64,000 nucleotides of DNA, from the NCBI GenBank assembly GCA_018398765.1, contig JAHBMJ010000321.1, forward strand, positions 1 to 64,000, in the 5' to 3' direction. The position numbers and the translations under genes were made by a program. The stretch is from Chromera velia. Taxonomy: Eukaryota. The notes below the pieces were generated by a model. The model did not search any database and was not told where the DNA came from. It saw nothing but the letters and a program-made list of their open reading frames with translations. Positions 25,101-39,032 of the stretch are shown here, piece by piece; the first letter of the stretch is position 1; every line of letters starts with the position of its first letter.

Positions 25101-27076
25101 GAAAATGTTCCATACAAGACCGCCATGTCCCTCCCTGGGTCCAGACAAAATCGCCCAGGGGCATTCGCCCGCACACACACAGACACAGTCACACACACAC
25201 AGACACAGTCACACACACACACACACACACACACACGCCAAACATGAAGAGGAGTCCCATCTAAGAATGCAAGGAGAGAAAAGAGAGACACCGACCTCCA
25301 GTCAAAGAGAGAGCTCCGCTTCCCTCTGCGGCAGCTCTCAGAAGCCCGGCAGCTCTCAGAAGCCCAACCTTCTGCAGAGCTGCAAACAAGTAGACAGACG
25401 AAGAGCCATGCCAACAAAGAAGGAAAGATGCATGAACGTAAGGCAACAAGAAGGCAGGTTGATCGCAGGCAATCAGCCGATTGAGAGCTCTTCGCAAAAA
25501 AATTAACCTCCACTCCAATCTTGCTGTCTCTGTGCATGCGTGTGTGTGTGTGTGTGTGTGTGTGTGCATGAAGACAGACAGAAGTTGAAAAAACGCCAGA
25601 AGGGGAAGAAAGCAATCGGAAAGAAGAGCAGGAAAGAGAGAGAGGCACATGAAGAAAAAAAAGAAGAGTCTGTGAGTCCATCCACTGTCCATGCGTTCTC
25701 GGGTCCTCCTTGTTCGTTTCTTCATCACAAGGGACTCACTCGCCCTTTCTTTTCTCCCTTTCAGACTCTGCCCACTTTTTCACTCACCCTTCCCAGCGAA
25801 TCTGTCGAGGGCACAGTAGAGGGCCCAGAGGTTGGGGGCCCAGTACGCGTGCACGAGGCCCCGGCCGAAGGGGAAGAGCCGTTCTTTCAGTTGCAGCAGC
25901 TGTGCATGAGGTAAGGGAGGAAAGAAAATATCAGATATGAAGGGTGAGCGTAGACAAGTCAAACAGATGCTTTACTGGCAGGAAAGAGGAGAAAGGGATT
26001 GGAGAGAGGCGTTGAAAATAAAGGTACTGAGCTGCAAGAGCAAAATGAGAGACACTAAGGTAGTGAATTGATAATCGAGTGTCTGTGGGGACCCCAACAG
26101 CGAAACCGAGCGAGGTATAAGAAAACGCAGCACAAGCACAGATCGCATCCATTCCTCAGAACGAAAATGCAGGGAATGAAGCTATAAACAGAAGCGCACA
26201 GAACATCCGGTAGGCCACAATTTCAGCAATCTTGGTTCGATGAAAGCTCGTCTTCTTCTTCTTCTTCTTCTTCTTTTCTCTGTCATTTCATCTCTCAATA
26301 TCTCTCCCACACCCCCTTCCCTGAATTCCCACCTGTCCAGTCATGGCGACAGGCACCATCGCAAGCCCTACAACCAGCAACACAGTGAGACCTAAAGTCA
26401 CAAATCTCCACAGAAACCGAACCGGCCGTACGCCCTCATTGTCTCCTGCTTCCTTCCCCTGTGATGCAGAGAAGGATGCCACTGCAATCTTCTCACTGTC
26501 TCCCCCGCTGTCTCCAAACACGAAAAGCCTCGCCCTTGCAGAGAGCTGAGTGTCCTTTTGTGGGTCCAGGCAGTAACCTCTCAAAAGAAAGACGAGAAAC
26601 ACAGGGCCCACATAAGCATAAATGTGTTTTGCACACACCAGCATTGCGAAATACACGCTGCCTCTTTTAGCTCGGCCCTGTATAATTTCAGCCAGAGAGA
26701 GAAAAAGAAGACCTGTAAGTACCCCGTTGTATTGGAAGTGGATGTGGTCTACTAGCAAAAGACCGAAATTGAGTGCCACAGAGGTGAGAGCACAGAGACG
26801 CCGGGAGGGCACAGGAGGAGACAGGAAAAGACGGAGACGCCCCGATCCTCGACGGCCCCTGCCGGTTTCTCCCGTCTCCCCTCCCTTTCCCTCCCTGTCC
26901 TCGTCTGCTTTCCCTCCTTTCACCCTGACAGGCCTTCTTGCTCCCTCCTTCTTCTCTGCAATATCACCAGAAGGTGACATCTCTTCTCCCACTCCACCTT
27001 CCGAGGCTTCGCCTTCAGCAGGGGCAATGCCCTCACGGGCTTCTCCAACGAGAGCCGAGGAGAGACTGAAGGGATG

Positions 27077-27117
<41 letters not shown>

Positions 27118-27171
27118 GGAGAGAGAGAGGGAGAGACAGACAGACAGACAGACAGAGACACACACACACAC

Positions 27172-27242
<71 letters not shown>

Positions 27243-29520
27243 CAGGTATGCTCCTACGCATAGAGGAGGGCAGGGAGATGGGCAGATGACTAAAGCCCCC
27301 CCCCCCAAGTCTCCAATCTGCAGGCTCTCAAGCCGAAAAGCCAGCTACAGTACAGTCCAGATTGTTTCATCTTATCCAAGCAGATTGAAGTCAAAATACG
27401 AATTTGCTCGCTTCACTTTTGCATCCTACCGCGTCTCACGGACTCCCCGTCCCTTCATATCCCCCATTGCTCCCTGCAGGTGCGCGCCCTCCCCTCCCCT
27501 CTAACCCACCTGAGTACCCCCACGAGCAGCAGCCCCTCAGTGAAGAGAACAGAAAGACGCTGGAAGACCACTGTGGAAGTCGAGGCGTATTCCAAGTTCG
27601 ACACCTGCATTCACCGATGGACAGACAGACAGACAGACAGACAGACTATATGCTTATTCTTCTTCGCCCTCCTTTTCTTGACAGACAGACAGACAGACAG
27701 ACAGAAAGACAGACTATATCGTCTTTTCTTTCCCTTTTTCTCCTTCTTCATTCTCTTCTGTTTTTTTCTTTCTTCTTTTGGCGCGCTCTCTCAGTGGAAG
27801 GGTACCAGAGCTCCAGGCCTTAAGCGTACCCTGCGGCCCTTCCTTGCCCAGACAAACAGACAGACAGACAGGGGGACAAAATCATCAGACGGAGAGAGGA
27901 GAGGAGACAAGCAGGCAGATGCAGAGACAGATGAGGCAGAGTGACAAACCGAAGCCGTCATAGAGACAGACACTGGGGGAACTCTCCAGGAAGCTGATAT
28001 CTTCTCAGAACCAACATAGAATAAAAAAGTGGAAACCGCAAACGAGATGTTCGAAAATGTGTTTCAAAGAGGTCACAAGTCTCTGGCCAAGCCCATAGGG
28101 GAAGGGACCGACAAAAAGGAGACAAAAAAAAAGGCAGGGTCGAAACCCGTAAGTTGAAACGAAGAGATTGCCTCAATGCGTTTGCATCACAGGTGCATCC
28201 GTCTCTCTATTTCTTCTCCGCGTACGCATGCACGCATGTTCAGATCTCGGCAATCGTGTTTTACTTTTTTTGTCTTCTCTTCCATGCCTTCTCCTACCTT
28301 GAGCATTTCCGGGTCCACGAATTGTGCGATTTGTGAGAGAGTCCATTCGAAGTAGGCGAAGAAGGGGGGGTAGTCCAGGGTCCAAATTGAGGTTGCCTGC
28401 ATCCGCACAGGCGGAAGAGGAATTCGAGGGAAGAAATATAAAGTGTCGGGCGGGTTTGGGGTTCCACAACAGGCTGCATGCCAAATCTGCCTGCCTGCCT
28501 GCTTGGTGCGGATGAATACTCAGAGGCCGCGGGAAATGAGTGAAGAGTCGGATTCAAGGAAGAGACATGTGATGGATTCAAGGAGAGAGAGGAAGAGTCG
28601 GGTACAGGAATCAGGATAGACTCAATAGTGAGAGAGTATTCTTTCAAAATCTTGCATCACAACAATCCATTTAAAAGACCAGCAGGGATGGCCTTCATGG
28701 TCGACCCAAAGTTTCTCTCCTTCCCACCTCTTTCCTGTCCGGTCCTGGTCTCTCTCTCTCTCCCCCCCCCCCCCCNNNNNNNNNNNNNNNNNNNNNNNNN
28801 NNNNNNNNNNNNNNNNNNNNNNNNNNNNNNNNNNNNNNNNNNNNNNNNNNNNNNNNNNNNNNNNNNNNNCCTCTACATCTCGCTCTCTGTCTGTCTGTCT
28901 GTCTGTCTGTCTCTGAATCTGACCTCGAAGTACCACTGAGCGAAGGGAAGACTGTAAGTGATGGCGAGCCAGTTCCTGTGTACCTCAAAGTCTGTACTGC
29001 GACTGCACTCATGAAGGAACCATTGTATGATCGGCCAAGACTATGCATGCAGTACTCTCATCCCTTTGTCAAGCACAGTCGTGCGTTCAGACAAATCACA
29101 CAGTTATCGCTTCACACGATCTTATCGCAGATCCGTGGGCACTTCATATACGCACGGAGAGGCACCGTCCAGCAGAAGAGGCGGCTGCTCGTCTGGGACC
29201 GAGGTGGGCAGACAGAGAGGATTGATGGATAGAGGCACAGGGTCGGACAAGTTCGCTGCTTGTCAGACGGCGCTGGAGGATGCGACCTAGCGTGGCGCCT
29301 CATTCCCCTTTTGGAGCACAGACTAAGCGACACGCAGGCAAAGTAACTGAGTACCTGTATGGACAGCTCACTGACCGACTTACTATGCGGGAATGAAGAA
29401 GAGTTTGAGAAGTGACGCGAAGAGAAGAATCTCTATCGTGAAGCGCCAAAAACGAGAGTTGATCGTCATGGAGCACAGAACTTTGAGCGCTGCCTCTCCC
29501 AAGTTGAGAATTCTCTGCAT
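21799..29520 (-). CDS. ALG8: Dolichyl-P-Glc:Glc1Man9GlcNAc2-PP-dolichol alpha-1,3-glucosyltransferase (ALG6/ALG8 family, ALG8-type), multi-exon
   Basis: Exons encode [20 protein letters not shown] (~28924-29002), [14 protein letters not shown] (~28297-28396), VVFQRLSV (~27510-27605), [10 protein letters not shown] and KHIYAYVGP (~26335-27055), [17 protein letters not shown] (~25800-25910), WHVHEKA (~23527-23675) and [12 protein letters not shown]...TAA (21799-21925). Start ATG at 29520 or 29469. Confidence 0.92.
24105..24250 (-). repeat. Dispersed short repeat with a (GTCT)n tail; other copies at ~15436-15545, ~27620-27680 and ~54843-54897
   Basis: Shared sequence GACAGACTATATG..TTTCTT..CCCT.CTTTTCTTCA...AAAAAGAAAGA.AGCAACAAAGACAAA.GAACATCACGA.AACTCAG, read by eye. 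Confidence 0.75.
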
Positions 29521-29839
29521 TGACTCAATGCTTTACTGTCCTTTGGAACTCAAAGAAAAGAGGGCGAGGAGTGAAGAATGATCGCCAAACCGTTTTCCTT
29601 TGTTCTCCAGAATCCGAACGATCTTTTCTCTGCGGAGTTGGGTACCGTCTCCGTCTACCCGTCTCCTATCTTTTGATCAAGCTGTCAAGGAACACATCCA
29701 GACCTGTCGACGTACATACGTCTGTCTGTGAATGTATTTCAAATACTGAACTATCGACATAAGGATAAGGTGTCAAGAGTTCATGTGCCCAAGCTGATCA
29801 TGCAATACATATTAAAATAGCATCACATACTAAGCACAA

Positions 29840-30110
29840 TCATAGCACATCTCTTCCGGGATCTTCCGGGGCGGCTATGGGGCGGCTAAATCTGACGTAC
29901 AGCTTCTGCATGGTGCAGCTAGCTTCTGCTGCATGCAATTCCGCCCATATAGCTGCATAGCTGCCCCCGCGGCCCGCGCGCTTTGTGCGCGGCACTGCGC
30001 GCGAGTGTCGCGGGCAAAAAATTGCAAAAGGCATCTCTCACATTTTCTCTGCGTTGCGCAAATATTGCGCAACGACCATCGATCAACGAACTCATGCAGT
30101 GCATGACTGG
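29840..30110. promoter_or_regulatory. Putative bidirectional promoter core between ALG8 and the RING gene
   Basis: GC-rich patch in the ~1 kb between two divergent starts. It contains TGCATGCA and a perfect inverted repeat CGTTGCGCAA-ata-TTGCGCAACG (30052-30074). Confidence 0.4.
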
Positions 30111-30486
30111 GGGCTTTTCTTCCTCTCATTCTCTATATAGCTCTCGATCTCTGATGTTTCTTCGTCTTCGCCTTCTCACGTTTTCCCGCTTTGAACTCCT
30201 GTGTGTGAATGCCTCTCGCATGTTTCTGATTTGGTGACGGTACTGTCTTTGGAGACCGCCATTCTGTTTGAATCCTGACTGCCATTCCCGTCTCCAGAGA
30301 AGTCTGAAAGAAAAGAGCTGGACTCGACTGCAGACCAATCGAATAGCTGTCCTGCTGTATTCGAGTCCCTGAAGTCTTTGGAGGGGGGAGTTCTATGACT
30401 CTGTTTTTCTGTATTTATTTTGGCCTCAAAGTGTGAACTGACTGGCGCAGGTCAACCAACCAAATCGAGACAGTAGAAGGCAGAAA

Positions 30487-33400
30487 ATGCCACGCGAAGA
30501 CGAAGACGACGAGGTGCAAGCTCTCAGCCCTCCCAGAGAGAAACCGCAAGTCTTTACCCTCCCTTCTTGCTGCATCTGCTATGAGCCCCTGGCGAAGGAT
30601 CTTGCAGCCTGCAAGAGGTGTGGCTGTGTTTTCCATGACTCGTGGTCAGTCAGACACGCAGCTTTCCTACTCTGTTGGAGATGGATTCAGACAGACAAAG
30701 CAGCCGAAGGGACAATGTGGCTGTGTTCTCCTGTTGCACGCCAACCTTCGTCCCTGTCCATGGATTGTGTCAGACTCCTTCTTTCACCTTCGCCGACCGT
30801 AAATCCGAGCGTTTCTTTCAAAAGATTACGCGGTGTCCCGTGAACGTTCCTCTCTTTTCGCGTCCCTCTGGCAGCCTTGCCCATTTTCAACATTCTCCCT
30901 TTCACTCTTTGTCTGCTCCAGCTGGGCTCTCTATTTGAGTGACTGAACGAACATTCAACGACCTGCAGCATCAAGCAGTGGCTCCACAAGGGTACCCTCA
31001 AGTGCGTCCACTGCTGCATGCCGATTCCGGCAGATCGGGTGTCCGACTACATCATGGCCTTCAGGTTTGAGGTCAAGGGTCAGTCCGCATGCAAAGAGTC
31101 ATTTAAAGAGACATGGGAGAGAAAACGAAGGAATCTCAGGCGATGAGAGAGGGAACAATAAAGGATTGGGAGACCGGAAGGAAATTCATGAACGTAGGGG
31201 AGAGGGAAAAAGGGAGAAAGGAGAGGACGCTGGATTCGATCATGATACTTTTCTCGCCTACTTGGTCGTGACAAAAACATTCCTTTCCTTGTCTCCCCTC
31301 AAAAATCCCCCCCTCATTCTCTCCCTTCCTTACCTCCTTTTCCGGTTCGCTTCTCCTTCCTGTCCCCGTCCCTTCCTCCCTTCGTTCCTCTGAGACTGCA
31401 CAGCAAAGCAGAACACAACGCAGACTCCTCAAACACTTAGCATCCTTCATCCTCTCTTTGTCTCCTGATGCCCCCCCCCTCCCTTGTCATACAGAGAAAT
31501 CGAACTTGCCCAGCTCGACCTCGCCGATTCTCGATAACTGCGGAGGAGGAGGACTAGGCGGGGGGACGGGGACCGGAGGTCTGTCGAAAATTTAGCCACA
31601 AACCCACAATGAATGCATGATGTATGTCAACAGCCAGACTGAGTTTGTGCTTAGTATGGACAAATGACGCACTCACCGGCATGCAATTTTGAATGGCTGG
31701 CTGATCATGGGTCAGCAAGCCTGAGGCCTTCTATTGTCGGGGGATGCGCAAGCGTCAAGCCAAGCAGGGGAGTGGGGGAGAGTGTACGGTCAAACTGGAA
31801 GCAGAGAGTGAGTGTATTTAGTCTCTCTGTGATCGCCCGGCCGGATCCCTTCTCCGAAAGTACCCTCGTGTGCCTCCATTTCTCCTGGAATTACTTCTCT
31901 CCTCTCTCTTTCTCCGTCAGTCTCTCTTTGCCGGTGTCCTCTCTCCTCTTCAAATTGACTTTAAATTTGTTCTCAGGGGACCCCGCCCAATTTATGGAAC
32001 TTCGAAAGAGACTGCATGAGCAGAAAGTCGCGGCAGAGGATGAGAAAACCCGGAGGAACGCGATCGAGGTCTGCATACGTATTTCTTTGTCCGCTTGAGG
32101 GCCTGTATGGGTGTGTATACTTCTTTTTGTCTGCGCGTTGATATCTCCCCCTATCTGTCTGTCCATCTATTTCTTTTTCTCTCCGTGTCTCAATCCATTG
32201 GTATGGCCAAGTGATAGTTTGTTGATGCAGAGATGTGCTCTGTGAGTTTCGGGAGTTTTTAAGTGTTTCTGTGCATGGATGACACCACTACCCACACGTA
32301 ATCTCGATTGATCGATCCTTTTTGCCCTGCCTTCCTTTCTGTCTGCCGATCGGAATCTGCTCGGTGAAGGAAAGCTTCTGCGGCTGTTTTTTTTTGTACG
32401 TGTACATCTATGTGTTTGCATTGCTGTGTGTGCGCGCCTGTGAATGTGAGAGAGGGTGTTTGTCTGAATGCATTTCTGCATGGGAGTGCGGATGTGTACG
32501 CACTTGTCTTTCTGCCTGTCTGCACGCGACTGTATCTGCATTGTGGATATTCTTTTGATTCTGCGGAATTTCGTTTTTGACTCTGTCTGTGGATGAATGA
32601 CGAGTGATCGCAGGAGAATCTCCAACTCAAGCTCAAGAGTGAAAAGTAAGTGGTTCATTCAGTGAAGACGCCAGGAGGAAAAGAAAAGAGACTTAACAAG
32701 GAGTGGCGAACAGAGTCAATCCCTTCGATGCAGCCTGTGTGGAGGGAGGACTCTTGAGATCACTGAATTGTTCAGGGGGGACGCAAGAAGACCAAACAAA
32801 GCTGATTGATTCGATTCATCTTTTGGCCGGGCCTTTCTTTTCTTTTTTTCGCTTCAAGTCCTCTCGATTCATTTGTGAGAACGCAGTATCTGATTGCTAC
32901 TACTCATGTTGTGTCTGTCTCGTATTTGTGGAGAAGAGTATTCGTGCACTGTTTCATTTTAATTTCCTCTCCATTTCATTCGCCCTCGACCCCGTCGTTC
33001 TTCCTTCCTTTGGTGTTTTTCCGATCGCACGCATGGATGCAGAGAGAGGCGGAAGACGGCGTTGAAGGAACTCCACGCAGAGGTTCGAAAGAGAGAGGAA
33101 CTGGAGACGGAAAAGAACAACCTGAATCTGAAGATCAAACAGAAGGAGGAGATGCTCTTCCATCTGGAAAACATCGACAGGATCAAAGACCTGTGCGTGC
33201 GTTAGTCATTCGATCAATGACGCCTGCTTTTGTCAATGTCTGTTCATTTCTCTCTCTCTGCTTGTGTATCCGTCTGTAATTGTACATGTGAATCAGAATC
33301 AGATCTCTGCTTTTGTCTCATCTTTTCGGTTCTTTCGTTAGCCTTCCCGTTTCCGATCACGCGGCTTTCCTTTTTCTCCTCCTTTGAGACCATTGTCAGT

Positions 33401-34808
33401 CTCTTCTGAGATTTGGAATGCACAGAAAAGGAAACAGGAGAGAGGCGGGAAGCGAAGTCAATGCAAGCAGCTTGATTGAGATCAAAGAGTTCAGAAGAGG
33501 AAATGAACTGGAGGGCTATGGACGACCTTTCATGAGAGAAGCCACCCAGAGGGAAGAGATTGAATGAGAGTAAAAGGACGCAGGAAGAAAGGATGAAAAG
33601 GGGAACAACAAACAAAGGACGAATGAATGAGAAGAAAAAGAAAGAATGACGAATGAATTAAAGTAGGGGAGAAAGAAGGGAGAAGAAGAAGGAACAATTA
33701 GGGCCAAATACCTGACCATCCGCCCCTCCACTAGGACTGCATATGAGGTTGACGTCAGAGGTTTTCTACCTCCGATCTTTTCACTTCACTTCACTGTGCA
33801 TCGATCGGGTCCTCTTCGTGTTTTCTTTCTGGGCATCTGTCTCTCTTTGTTTGTGCACTTCTGATTTCCCTCGCCGACTTCCACTTGAATGAATGCAGAA
33901 TCAAAACACGAACTGAGGCTGAGGCGGAGGAAATCAGAAAGATCGTTTCGGTCGGTCATGGGCGCTCTTTTCTTTCGCATTTCTTCTTCTTGCGCGTTGA
34001 TAACTGCCTGCGAAAAAAGTCTCCTCTGTCACGTTGATGCTCCATCGTTTTTCGCTTGGCTCGCGTGCGTCAGATCTGCCTTCTTGCATCATGGAGTCGA
34101 CGGCCTGATGGAATTAAAGAGAGGTAGAGAGGGAGATGGAAAGAGAGACTGAAGTTTTCTCTCTTCTGTTTCTCTCTCGCAATTTCTTTTTTGTTTCCCG
34201 TTCTTCCTCCAATCACTTTTTTTTTTCTTCCTCAATTCCTCATAAATGAATGCAGAGGAAAGGAGACGACACCGACGAGGCTCTCACCCACTTGTGGAGA
34301 ATGAATGACAAAACGAGCAGGTACGTGAGACAGACAGACAAACAGACAGACTGACTGACTGAGACGTCTTTCTGCTTTGTGAATCTGCAAGGTCTCTGCG
34401 ACTTTTTTTCACTCTAGAGACAGACTTCGATTCCACCTCTGCTGCTTTTTTCAATTGTTCCTTTTTCAACGCCCGTCTAACCACGCGAAATCTGGTCAAT
34501 AAATGCAGAGAATATGAGGAGATCAGCAGAAGGGAGGAGAAGACGAACAAAAAGGTGCAGACTCTGAAGGAAAGAGAGATGAATTGGAAACGGTTGGTTT
34601 GCAAGCGTGTGCTTTCCTGTCTTCCTGCCCCCCTATCTCTTCTTCTCTCAGCTTGCCCACTTTCCAGTGCTTATGACTGTCCGGCCACTTTTGTTCCTTC
34701 CGTGGGGTTTTGATACTCGTTCCAGCCCAGTTCGTTTCTCCTGCACCGCCCTGCGTGCTCTCAGTTTGTTGCTCTGTCGTCTTGCCGACTGCCTGCGGTT
34801 GTATGCGC

Positions 34809-34839
<31 letters not shown>

Positions 34840-37800
34840 TGTGCGTGCGTGCGTGTGCTTCTGTGTGTAGCCGATTTCCTTCCCTTTTCCTTGCCCCTTT
34901 TCGATCTGCACGCAGCATTTTACTTGTGTCCATGCTGGGGACTTCCTTCTCGCTTTTCGTCGTCGATCCGACACTTGGCTTGGGTTACACACGGAAAACG
35001 CGGACTTTTCTTTTCAAATCTGCCCCACACGCCTTGTCTATGTGCAGAGAAAAGCAAAAGCTGGTGGCAGAAAATGACCGTCTGAATACAGAGGCTGAAC
35101 ACTGGAAGAAGTCAGTCAGTTCGCAGCATAGAGTGCGGAGATATGCCGTCAGAAAGAAGAATTCAGTCTGATCTTATCCACAAAATAAGATCAAACACTT
35201 TACGGGTCCAGTCAGTCTCTCAGCCTCTATGGACGCAGGGAGACCTTTCTTTCATCATTTCTCTAAGCAGTGTTCGACGCGTGCCTCCCTTCTGTGCGCC
35301 AGGTTTCCGCTCTGCTACCGTTTTGTGTGGACATCATTAATGACTTTGACTGTCCCCTTGCAAAAATACGGGTGCATCTGTTCTCACTTGGAGTCTGAGT
35401 TCATTTCTGCTGGCTGGGCTCAAAATCTTTGCGTCTCAATTGCAGTTTTTTCCCCCCTTTTCCCCCTTTATGCCCCTCAAAATGGACACCTTCTGCCATC
35501 TGTCCATCTCATTCTAGGCAAAGAGCGTCTTCCAGCTTTTTGACAATGACAACAAACACTCTCTCTAGCTTCTGATCCGGATTGGTTGGTTTCATCTTCA
35601 TCAGAGACATTCATTCCCTCTGAATTCCTTCTTCCCCCCCCCCACAGGACGGCAGGACTACAACGAAGAGAGAAGGAGGCCTTGGAACGGAAACACTCCA
35701 AACTGATCCGACAGAACTCCGCAGGAGGTCCTCCGCATCACCACAACGGTGGGCGGGCATGCAGTTGTTCGTTCGTTCGTTCGAATGCATGGATGTGCAG
35801 CTTGCTTGTTTGAGCATGCATATTGCTTTCTTCGCATGTCTTTTCTGCGCCACCTTTGGCCAGACATAGGAGATTTTTTTTGCGTTCAAAGTTCCATTTG
35901 AATTCTGTTCGTCGCCTTTCCTTCCTTCTGCTTGACCCACACAAATCCATGCTACGTCTGTCTTTCCTGGTGCTAGTCAGGCAGGCGCTCATGCTTTCAG
36001 CTGACAAAAGGCAAACCGACATTTTTTCCCCCTATCGTCGGCGTTTCAAATCGTTCCTTCAAAAAAAGTTTTCTCTGACTGGGACCCTTCCTGCCCCCGC
36101 AGTCCACTCGTGCACGTGCTTCTTTCTGCACACCGTTTGTTTTTGCTTTGCGCGTGCTCTTTGAATCCTTCCTGCAGGCTTGGCCGAGATGGGGGGCAGA
36201 GGTCGAGAGAACGGGTACCCCCATGGCACAGGCACGGGGGGGATAGATCAGCAGCAGGGGGAACAGAGGGACGGGGGTCTTGGGCTAGACATCAGCTGTG
36301 ACTATGGGTTTGCAGACAAAAGGGGAAAGAGGGGGGGGGAGGGGGTCGGAGCTCTGGGACGTCCCGGTGGCTTCCGTGTGCGTTCGTCATTCTGTCTGCG
36401 GCCTTCTCTGGCCTCTTGTTTTTTATTTACCTGCCCCTTGCAAAGATCTGTTTTTGCTTTTGCGTATCCTGTCGTCTTTGATAGAGAAAATGCGCCTCTC
36501 TGTCTCTCAAAATTCAAAAAGAAAACCATTCTAATCTCGGACAACAGGAGCTTGTTGACCAGACGAAACAATTTTCTTTTGCATCGCATCGATTGATTCG
36601 ACTCAGACAGAAGAGATGCATGCATGAATGTGAATGAATTCATTTTCTCTCCCTCCCTTTTTTTATTTTTGTCCTGTCTTCCTTCCTCTCTTTCGGTCTC
36701 TTTGCCTTCCGGTCTATTTTTAGGTTTCTATCTCCCGCTCTTCTTGTGTGTCTCTCTTCTTCCTTTCCTTTTTGCTTTGACTTGAGTGCAGAACGACATC
36801 TCCTCCAAGAAGCAGCGGGTGGGACCCGCCGCTGGAGCCCCCCCCCCTCCCCCGTTTGACCTCTGGAGAGGAGAGGAGGGCTTTCGCGCCAAACCAGCCA
36901 GGGGGGTGAACGGACCCGGTGAGGGTCTGGGGGGGGTGGCGTCTCCCAGGCACCCCCTTGGAGCTAGAGGGAATGGAGGAAATCAGACAGAGAGAGGAGA
37001 AGGGGGGCAGAGCTCTTCCTCGTCTTCGGCTTTCGGTGGGGTGGGCAGGGGCGGTTTTGCCTCCGAAGAAGGGGAAGGGGACTTTGATGGATCCCCAGAG
37101 GCAGCAGATGAAGCCGACAGGGCTCTGGACGCCCAGTTGATGTCTGATGGGGAAGACGAGGGGGGACGGGGACGGCCTGGGGGGGCAGGGGAGGTGATTG
37201 GAAGTCCCTCCCGGGGGGCTGCGATGACGGAGTTCGTCGGGGGTCAGTCTTCCAATTTTGGGATTTTTTTTTTCAGACGACACAAATGAGAAAACGTAGC
37301 AGTAAAGTGAGATAAATACGCTCTTATGCGGGAAAAAATGAAAGCAAATTTTCGATTGGAATTCGTTTGATTGTTTGAGGTTTTGGAGAGAACTTCGGAT
37401 CCCGGTGAGGCCTCATTTCTTGTTTTCTTTTCTTTGTATCTATTTTTGCGTCTCCCGTCAGATCTATGCTTTCTCGCTTATTTCTTTCCTTTCCTTCAGT
37501 TTCGTTTCTTTTTTTCTTAGAGCATGTAATCATCTCCTTTTGTTCGGTGCCTTTCGCCCTTTTGTTTCCCTCCTATGATGATCTGCAGACGACTCGGAGA
37601 TGAGAGACCAGACAGAAGATCCTGAGGTCTTCTTTGATACGCAGTCTGCCAGACAGGCGGGTGCAGAAATGGAGGGGACGTATGAAGGAGAAATATCTCC
37701 CGGGAAGGAGAACGGCTTTCCTTCTTGGGGAGCTGACCTCCCTGGAGACGGGACCGCACCTTCCCTCTCTCTGTCTGCCTCTCTGGGAGCAGAGGACGCG

Positions 37801-38154
37801 GCATTCTTTGGAGAGACGCTGCTTAATCCCCCAAAGCAGTCGAAACCAAAGAAGAACGACAAGACGCACCACGAAGAAATGGGAACAGACGGTATGTCCA
37901 CCATGATGATGACTGATTCCCCCCCCTCCTCTTTCTACCCCACTTCTGGTGCTGTCTTTGGAGAGACCGACGAAGCCGCCCTCTCCCAATCTTGTGAGTC
38001 GAACAACTCCAATTCCTTCCGGCATACGCAGACACAGGTGCAGGAGGGACTCAGAGAGAGAGAAGGGGGCTGGTTCCAGAGTCGAAGGAACGATCTCTCC
38101 CAAGGGGGGGGTGCCTCGGCATCCTCTCATTCCAGCCACCCAAAAGTCCCTTGG

Positions 38155-38195
<41 letters not shown>

Positions 38196-38241
38196 TCCCT
38201 CTCCCTCTCCCTCTCCCTCTCCCTCTCCCTCCCTATGTGTG

Positions 38242-38273
<32 letters not shown>

Positions 38274-38399
38274 CGTCTCGTTCTCTCTCTCTCTCTCTCT
38301 CTCTGTGTATGTGTGTGTGTGTGTGCCTCTCTCTCTCCCTCCCTCTCCCTCTGTGTGCGCGTGTGCGCGCGTGTCTCTTTCCTTCTTTCTTTCTTTCTT

Positions 38400-38462
<63 letters not shown>

Positions 38463-39032
38463 CTCTCTCTCTCTCTCTCTCTGTGTGTGTTTATTTTGTT
38501 CCTCTCTGACACTATATCTTTCGATCCCTATCAATCTTGATTTTTTCTATCTATCCCTATGTGTGGCCACGTTTGTCGTTCCTGAGTCCTTGCAGGAACT
38601 TCTCAAGGGGTCTGGAGGGGCCGGAACTCAGCAGAAGGTGAGGCAGTGCGGAGAAGGGGAGTTGGCAAGGGGGATGCCACAGATTCCCACGCTCACACCA
38701 ATGCGCGCACTCACCTAAAAACCTCTTTTCCCTCTGTCTGTCTTTGTGTGAGGAGGTCCGTATCCCTGAGTCTTTCTTTCTTTCTTTCTTCAATCACTCT
38801 CTCTGATTTGTTCCAGTCCGGTTTCCATCTTCAAAGGGGTTCAGCAAAGAGTTCCGACGAAGAGAACTAATGAAAAGGTTGACGTCGATCATGTGTTGTA
38901 CCGCAGGCCTCGAAGGGCATCGGCAAAGGTGCAGGGGGGGGGAGCAGGGGCCCGCAGAAGGGAGGCGGAGGAGGGGCTCCGAAGGGAAAGCAGACGACGA
39001 TGGACTTCTTCATGAAAGGAAAGGGAAAGTGA
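30487..39032 (+). CDS. RING-finger / coiled-coil E3 ligase with a C-terminal PIP-box-like motif (TRAIP-like), multi-exon
   Basis: The spliced RING CCICYEPL...CGCVFHDS|CIKQWLHKGTLKCVHC spans intron 30645-30968. Coiled-coil exons lie at ~31977, 32613, 33043, 34256, 34509, 35048 and 35648, and low-complexity Gly/Ser exons at ~36790-38155. The last exon ends KQTTMDFFMKGKGK* (TGA 39030-39032). Confidence 0.7.

Noticed and set aside
27950..28000. Candidate extra ALG8 exon (ISASWRVPP...)
   Set aside because: The flanking exons join cleanly (MLK|VSNLEY) in line with the family pattern without it.
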